A stretch of 57,874 nt of DNA, counting the filler, from Jimgerdemannia flammicorona (lineage: Eukaryota): assembly GCA_003990765.1 (NCBI GenBank). It is 2 parts of 2 records of this genome, joined end to end, with 100 filler letters (N's around TTAATTAATTAA, not from the genome) between each part and the next. Parts side by side here need not be neighbours in the genome. Positions count along the whole stretch, not along the records: positions 28,992 to 57,874 come from RBNJ01000537.1; 1 more part is not named here. One strand, given 5' to 3'. Positions 50,767 through 57,874 of this stretch are shown here, one piece after another. Numbering within the stretch: the first letter of the stretch is position 1; every line of letters begins with the position of its first letter. Both the position numbers and the translations under genes were made by a program. The notes under the pieces are model-generated. The model was not told the origin of the DNA. It saw only the letters and a program-made list of their open reading frames with translations, and searched no databases.

Positions 50767-51849
50767 TGGTTGAGCTTTGAGAAATGGCACTTCAGCTGTT
50801 GCCATTGTAGGTGAGAAGTCTATGTGTTCTGGTTTGAAGAAAGGCCAGTGAGCTCCCATCTTTGAGTTTCTTGTGTAATTGAATCCAGTCTTTCCTAGAG
50901 GGTCTAGAGCTTCCATAAGGATGAAGGCAAGGTTGACACCTTCTTTTCCTTGATGAGGGCGACAGTACCAGTGAATGATAGCAAGAACTTCCAATGGTAG
51001 GTCCCAGATAGAGGTCTTGCTCTTGAACTTGCAGTCTCCTTTATGGTTGATTTCTTTGCACTTCTGACAGGCCCAGTGAATTCGAGGTTCTTGCAGGGTG
51101 GGATCCTTTCTCTTGACTCAGCTCTTATAGACATCTTTGCTGAGGTGAACATCTCAATGTTCACACCAGTGGCAGATAAAGATTTTTCCACAATCATAAT
51201 GTCCCTTCTTGACAAAATCTTCATTTCGCTGTTTGACCTCCCTACTGGTAGGGAATCTCTTCCAATACTTGTCATAGGTGGGCTGTGTAATCTGGAGGGC
51301 CTGGGTGATAGTGTAAGAGCTATTGCTTTCTCCTTCGATGGTAAGGGACTCGAATGTTTGGCGGGCAAGGATCTTCTGTCCTTCCTTATAGGTCTTCTTG
51401 AAGGTCTTCGGGATTGGAGGTTGTATTCGGTGGTGGGATGGTGCTTGCTTCAATTTATCCTTGTCATCAATTTCTGGTATTGGAATCTTCTTGAGATCCA
51501 GGATTTGGCAATTGCTGCAATCATCTCTTAGTGAGTGGAAGCTGATGAAGTGTTCACATATGCCTCGATGAAAGGCTCACATGATCCAATTTTCTACCAG
51601 TGGTAGTGGTGGTTGAGCAGAAGGTCCTGCAAACTCAAGTGCTGCCCTTGCATTAATGGCTCTATCAATGCTTTCTTCCAGACCTTCAACATCGATAACT
51701 CCAATAAAAGAGTCTTCTTGTTCACTTTCTTGGTCCCTTGGGGCATCGAAATCACTTCCTAGTTCTTGTAGGAAATTGGCCTCGCTTTCATCCTCAATAG
51801 TAGTAGGGGTGTCGCCATGTCCTTGCCATTCTGTTTCTGAGGCTTGATT

Positions 51850-52230
51850 TGTCCTTTTAGATGATCCTTTTGAGTCAATGGGCACCTTGTACTTCTGTCC
51901 ATAAATGGAGAAGACCAGGAGTTGTTTCTTGATATCTATGTTGGCTCCAACTCGGCTTAACCAGTCAGTTCCCAGGATCAGGTCATAGGAGGTTGCAGGG
52001 GTCACGACGGCTTTGGGTACATTGAGGCGGGCCTTTCCAACTTGAATGGGGATGTCTCTGACAAGTCCAAGGGGTGTGGAAGCTGATCCATCGGCCATGA
52101 TAACTCTTGCTTTGATTCCTTCATCTATTCCCCATCCAATTTGCTCCAACATTCTTTGGGTGATAATGCATACTGCTGCTCCAGTATCGATGAGAATTCT
52201 GGCATTTTCACCATACACTTTTCCATTGGC
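51850..52230 (-). pseudogene. Retropepsin aspartic protease domain
   Basis: ARILIDTGAAVCII ... YDLILGTDWL. Confidence 0.93.
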
Positions 52231-52899
52231 AAGTCTTGTAGATTGATGTTCATGTCGCTGGCTCTTATGGACTGTGTGGATAGTACTAGGTTCTTGAGTG
52301 TGTGGTCCTTGGACTGGAAGTCTCTTGGTATCTTCCTTGGCTTCTTTCAGGAATTTTCGCCTGACCTCTGGTGCATTCTTGAGGACTTGCTCAACTGTAA
52401 GACCAGCATTCTGTAGGCGGATATGTTCCCAAAGTGAGGCTACTGCATGGGGCTTGCTGCTTCTTCAGTGTCTTGGTCCCTTGGGGTGTAGTCTCTCATT
52501 CCTGATGGGCATTTCGTCAGCTGAAGATTCTATGCTCATATGCTCATCTTCTTCAAGGTCTGGCAGGGTAGAGCTGGGGGTTGTCCTAGATGGTCCGGCT
52601 TCTGATTCAGGAGTATCTCTTCTAACTCGCTTCTCCTGTTCTTGTGGAGTGTCTGAAGAAGAATGGCCATGTCGCGGATGCTTGCCTGTGGATATAGTTA
52701 CTGGCAGTTGAGGTGGGGGGTTCCTTTGTGGTCTTCCTCGCCCTCTGGTCTCTGCGGGGGCAGCTTCCCATGTCACCTTGGATGGAAAGGCCTCGAAGTA
52801 TGGGTAGATGTCATCTTCTTGACCATGGAGCCAGGCTGCTTCTTCTTCCATCTCCTGAGTCTCTTTGTCTACCTGAAAGAGGTTGACATTTCTGTCATT

Positions 52900-54720
52900 G
52901 GACTGGGTGGATTGGTTCCTTGGACAATTCCTCTGGATGTGGCCTTGATTTCCACAGCTAAAGCAGGTGGAACCATAGGAACCAGTCGCTGATGAGGCTG
53001 TAGTTGCAGCTGGTTATGCGGGGGCAGGACCTCTGTTGTCTTGTTGCCGGTAGTCTGGTCTGTTATCACGATGGTAGTCTTGTTGTCTTCTACCTTGGTT
53101 GTTCAGCTGGGCAACTGCGATGGCCAGGTCCTTCATTTGCTTGGTGAGCATTGTCATAGGGTCTTCTTGAACTCTTGATGGTGGCTGCTGCTGTGGTTGC
53201 CTGAATGGAGTCGGATTTGTGGGTGCTGGTCTGTTCTCATAGTTGGCTATCTGGGCTCTGAGGAAGGCATTCTCTTGCTCCATAGTTGTTCCTCAGGTCC
53301 TTGGGGTTTCGGCTCAGATTGGCTCAGGATAGCCTTGTACTTGTTGTACTGGTCTATAATCTGCTTCCCAACATCCTTGTGCTCCAGCAACTTGCTGTTC
53401 AATGTTTCGATATCCCATCCTGATAACTTGCCTTCAGAGTTCTGGGTATAAGCCATTGAGGAAGGTAGTTGAGGCTAGGGCCAGTTGGACTGCTGGTTGA
53501 AGGTTCGCCTTGATCATTTGAGCTTGAATCCGATGGTAGAAACTCTTGGGAGTTTCATTGGCAGCTTGGCTCATATAGGTCAAAGCCTCCTGTGCTTCTT
53601 GTTGGCGCTCGAATCCATTGAACTGGGCATGGAGCCAGGCTTTGTGAATCATGTACCTTGCTATATAGTTCCTATCAGGTTGAAGGCCATCATTCAGTTC
53701 CTCTGTATGAATTCCTCCTCTGGCTTGCTTGGCTTGATTATACCTCTGTAGGGCCGGTCCTCTCAGGAGTAACTCCACGATTCTGAGTTTTCTTGCAGCA
53801 TCCCATTGTTTGGTGGCTGCTTGGACTTCAATTTCTCCAAAGAATTCCTCGATATCTTCATTGTCTGCACCATGGAACTTCTGAAGATAGCTTATGTCTG
53901 GCTCATCTTCACTATCTGAGTATTGTTCAGGGGTAGGGGATCTGGCAGATTCTCGGGGTAATGGGAAAGGTGGTGGTGCTAGTGCTTGATGAACTAGTGG
54001 TGCTGGCAGAGGGTGGTGTCTTGGTGAGGGTGAGAGTAATCTGGCTCTTCTAATTAATGCTGGGGTTGAAGTCCTGGGTAGTGGTGGAGATCTTCTGATA
54101 GACTGGTGATAGTGGCGAGGTGTGAGTGACCAGGGTACCGAAGTTCGAGCAACTGATGGTGGGAGTGGACTGATATAACTGATAGTGAGTTTGTCTGCCC
54201 CTTGCTGTTGTGAAGTAGTGAGGTCTTGTTTGCCTTGTTGTGGGTCAGTGTCACTGTCGGGATAATAGTATAGATTGAATTCGTCCCTTTGATGGTCTGA
54301 TCTCCAATCGTTGTCTTGTTCTGGTTGATATAGATGATAGTCCTCTTCTCCTTCTGATGTTTCAAAGTATACCCGGTCTAGTGGAGTAACTCAAGTGACA
54401 ACAGTAGTTATGTAGTCGCTTCTGTCTGAGTTCTTCCTATGGATAAGGGTCTGATACTCCTCAGGGATATCCTCTTCTTCTTCTTGGCCTAAGTCTTGGA
54501 TCTGAAGGGGCAGTTCTGGTTGTCCTCTGAGTCATCTCCTTTCTCTTGAAGTCAAACTGTAATCTGGGTCACTTCTTTCTTCTGATTTGGTTTTCTGGCT
54601 ACTAGTGTTGAATAGGGTCCTGGCTACTGTTCTGACAACAGTGTGGGCTTTCTTTTCTGCTGAGGAGGGCTGTTGCTGCCCCTGGTTTGGTTGCTGACTT
54701 GGTCCTGCTAAGTTCTCCAC
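52900..54720 (-). pseudogene. gag: long low-complexity N-terminus, capsid-like region and CCHC knuckle
   Basis: KFHGADNEDIEEFF, QAANETPKSFYHRI, FLNGLYPEL, CFSCGNQGHIQRNCP. Same frame as the protease and dUTPase. Confidence 0.85.
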
Positions 54721-54771
54721 TGTAGATAGCTGGGTTCTTGAGCCAAATGGTCAAGTCTTTTGAAAACTTTT

Positions 54772-54789
54772 CCAGTTAAGCCTCCAAAA
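54772..54789 (-). other. Primer-binding site candidate
   Basis: Minus strand TTT-TGGAGGCTTAAC immediately after the 5' LTR. TGG is complementary to tRNA CCA; the tRNA is not identified. Confidence 0.55.
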
Positions 54790-55326
54790 TATGGCGTCGC
54801 TTATGTATAATGAACTTCGACTGCATGGCTCAATGTGTGCCACTTGGTGAAGCACGCAATGTATAACTGAAGGCATTGGTGACGTTCGCGGGTCGATGGT
54901 CACGTGATAGGTCATTTGAAACGTGCAATAATAGCAGGAGATCGTTTGTCAATGGCTCAATTGTTTAGTGGATAAGGGCGGCGATTATGCTGGCTAAGTT
55001 TCCTGGCAGCGATTAACTTGGCAGCAAACTCGGATTTATGCGGTGATGACGGGCTTGCTCTTTATGTGATCAATTAAAGCAGTCCGTGGCACAGTAGGTC
55101 AGGAAAATGGTCGACAGCTTGCTCGTCCATCTTGTTTAGCTTGAGAGGGCAGGATAACTTGGGTCTTTAGCAGTCATTCGAGTATCTTGGTGGGTCTTAG
55201 GCTGTGGTCTTGTTTGGCTGGGTATCCTTGGGTTCCTTGGCTTTCCAGGTCTTGAATCTCGAATGGCAGTCAAATGCGCGGTCCGAATGGCAGTTCGAAT
55301 AGGCGGTCTGAATGCGCGGCAGTCAT

Positions 55327-55425
55327 GGTCTTGAATCCTTGGCTGGGTCTCCTTGGGTTTCTGGGTCTTGAATCCTTGGCTGGGTCTTCTTGGGTTTCTG
55401 GGTCTTGAATCCTTGGCTGGGTCTC
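55327..55425. repeat. 37-bp tandem repeat in the 5' LTR
   Basis: GGTCTTGAATCCTTGGCTGGGTCT(C/T)CTTGGGTTTCTG, about 2.7 copies. The 3' LTR has only one partial copy. Confidence 0.8.
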
Positions 55426-56012
55426 GAGTCTCGAATGGTGGTCAAATGGTGGCGGTTGGGTAACGTTTTCTTTCCATGGCAAGAGAAAATTCTTTAACTC
55501 AAACTTCCGAGTGATCCATTGCTCTAGGTTGTTATCTTGTTCTCAGAATTTATCCAGTCTCTTGGAGGCAGTGTGTTTTCTCTGTAAAACTGTCTGACTG
55601 AGGTTTATTTACTCTAAGAATATGGGTTATTTATACAAGTTTGCTAGCTATGGGGGAGGGGGGGTGCGACTAAGGCTAAGGTATACTATATTGTAGTGAA
55701 CTTATGCTATTGGTTTGCATGATGCAAGGTGCAGGCTATTGTTTACTACGGGTTGGGTTATAGAGGATAGCAACGCTGGATTCGGATGAGCAGGCAGGAG
55801 TGCTGATTGTTGCCAGAAATGGTTGTGGAGGGTGGCAATGCTGAAAATGGGTGTTGCTGACTTGCTGACAAGAATGCTGAAAATGGTTGTACTGGATAGC
55901 AATGCTGGATTTGGACTTGCTGACAAAACACTGAAAACGGTTGTACTGGGTAGCAATGCTGGAAACGGACTTGCTGACAAAAGCTGAGTTCTCACGGCTG
56001 ATGGGCAGTACT

Positions 56013-56997
56013 CTAGAGGAAATAGTACCCTTCGTCCATGGTGGGCAAATCTTGCTGGGTTGTGATTTCTTCTTCATCATATCTATCCTCAAAGGGGGGA
56101 AGTACCAGCCAAGAGGTGAGGGGGTAGAAAAGTGGCCAGTCATCTTCAACAACATTCTCCAACCCTTGAACAGCTTGAATGTGGACAGAGGACTGGTAGA
56201 CTCTCTGTTGCTCCTCTTCTTCTTCTGAAGGCTCATCGGTTTCAGTGTCAGAGGGGGTTTCTTCAGAGGCAGGGTCTTGGAGTTCTTGGGCCTCCTCTTC
56301 AAAGACAGGAACTTCTTGGGCTTCTTCTTGATTCAGTTCCCAAATGATGAGGTGTGAATTGTGGCTGACAGGGTGGTGGGTGGTTGGGGTAGCTCCAACG
56401 GGTGCCTCTATAGTGATGGGTGGTCCTTCAAATATCTCCATAAGACTTATTAGGTGACCTTGATGGTTGTCTCAGAGTGGGGTAGTGTGGAAACCTGGCT
56501 GAGTAGGTTCAGTTTGTTGGCTTCCTATGGCAATGTAGTTGCTGCCAATAGCATTGGCTACTTCAGATTCTATCCAGTCAGCATCTTCAGTTGAAAGGTA
56601 GGAGAGACTGCCAGCTGTTACTCCTTGCAAGTGTGCTATAGCCCAGGGAATATGGCGGAAGATTTGATGGACACAGAGGGCTCTCTTGATTAGCCGGCTG
56701 GTGGTTAACATTTCAGCAATGAGGTCTTCCTGGTCACCTTCTTGAGTCTCATTGCGAAGGCAGTGTCCGATTTCATAGTTATGCCAGAGGGTCATTTGTT
56801 CGGTAGTGTCTTTGAGGTGTTGGGTCATTATATACTGGTAGTTGATGAAGTGTCCAAGGTCCTCAGTGTAGATTCAAGTGTTCAGAAGTATCTGGGTGCC
56901 AAATGGCCTTCTTGATAGCTTCAAAGATCAGGGTCTTTGGGCCAGGCAAAGGGGTAGAGCGGCAGGAGGTCTGGTTGGTTCGGCGAATGGGAGGCAT
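56013..56997 (-). pseudogene. LTR-internal ORF of unknown function, 5' LTR copy
   Basis: 985 nt. The 2-nt deletion near 56870 and the CGA>TGA at ~56472 are both intact in the other LTR. Confidence 0.75.
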
Positions 56998-57526
56998 TGT
57001 GTGGTGGGTACTTGGTTCTTTGGTGCCAATTCTTGAGGCGGAGTATGGTTCCTTAAATAACATGGTCTTCATTTTGGCTCAGATCATCTTGTCTTCTTTT
57101 GGGATGATCACCTAATGGGTCAGGCTGTCTATTTGATTGTCACGCCATTATGTCTTCTGATCTTAGCAGTCACTGGTACTCCATTGTCAATTGTGTACAT
57201 CACAATATATTATTATCATTAACTATATTAGTATATATTTTACTTATATTGTTATTTTTTACTAACTCAAAAATATATAGCTTAGACATAAATGTAGATA
57301 TTCTCTGTAGATACTTAGTATAAATTACTTATATATAGAATATGTCTCTATCTTAGTTATTGTCAGTTTTAGTAGTATTTATATTATATTACTCTTTACT
57401 AGCATTTTTTTTTCTGCTGCTCACACATTGTCAATACTGGCTTTTATACTTATTTTTATCATTCTTCTTATCCTTATAATAATAGTCATTCTATATATAT
57501 CTATACTTATAATAGTATGTAATAAT

Positions 57527-57866
57527 TAGTACTTCCAAATAAATCAAATCAATTTGAATTGAATTATATTGAAGGTTATTCAAATCAAATCAAATTCAAA
57601 TTAAATTGAGAGTATAATTTAAACTCTATTTTTCAAAATATAATAACTCAACAAAGATATGTCCAAATTTAATGATCTTTAGTTTATTTAATTCCTCTTA
57701 TATAAAGGAATCTAATAAGCTAAAGATCATTAAATTTGAATATAGTTTCATCAAGTTATTACATTTTAAAAATAGAGTTCAAATTAAATCAAATTGAACC
57801 TTTGATTCAATTGAATCAAATCAAATTTGAGTTAAATTCAATTCAATTCAATTCATTGAGAGTACT
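57527..57866. mobile_element. hAT-type palindromic MITE
   Basis: TAGTACTTCCAAAT...TTGAGAGTACT termini; collinear with 3350-3730. Confidence 0.88.
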
Positions 57867-57874
57867 TTTTTTTT

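Larger units (their letters stand above)
44199..57204 (-). mobile_element. Full-length Ty3/gypsy LTR retrotransposon (~13.0 kb), inactivated by stops and frameshifts
   Basis: Paired LTRs with TG...CA ends, ATATAT on both flanks, PPT and PBS candidates, and domain order gag-PR-dUTPase-RT-RNaseH-IN. Confidence 0.96.
54790..57204 (-). repeat. 5' LTR (~2.4 kb)
   Basis: Aligns with 44199-46912. The minus strand begins TGTGATGTACAC. Confidence 0.92.

Overview
Eukaryotic (fungal) genomic DNA. The small introns, gene set and repeat load suggest an early-diverging fungus, possibly Mucoromycota/Endogonales-like; this is inference. A CpG-rich island (~9.7-28.8 kb) holds seven intron-containing genes: mitochondrial ribosomal protein uL4m, complex I subunit NDUFS5, a Rex3/REXO1-type exonuclease, an Msp1/ATAD1-like AAA ATPase, RPL13, an EI24/Rrt8-like membrane protein and an F-box/LRR protein. 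It also holds one pseudogene. Both flanks are CpG-depleted nested transposons: a decayed hAT transposon, palindromic hAT MITEs, a poly(A)-tailed retroposon family, two L1/Tx1-type LINEs and a complete 13-kb Ty3/gypsy element (44199-57204, minus strand). The gypsy element is the most unusual object. Each ~2.4-kb LTR carries a ~328-codon ORF that can be reconstructed from the complementary lesions of the two copies. Its gag-pol carries a five-motif dUTPase, preceded by a Cys/His-rich insert with an F-box-like motif. A CACGTG box lies 57-79 bp upstream of five of the seven host start codons. The N44-TTAATTAATTAA-N44 block at 28892-28991 is an artificial contig linker, so the two halves may not be adjacent in the genome.
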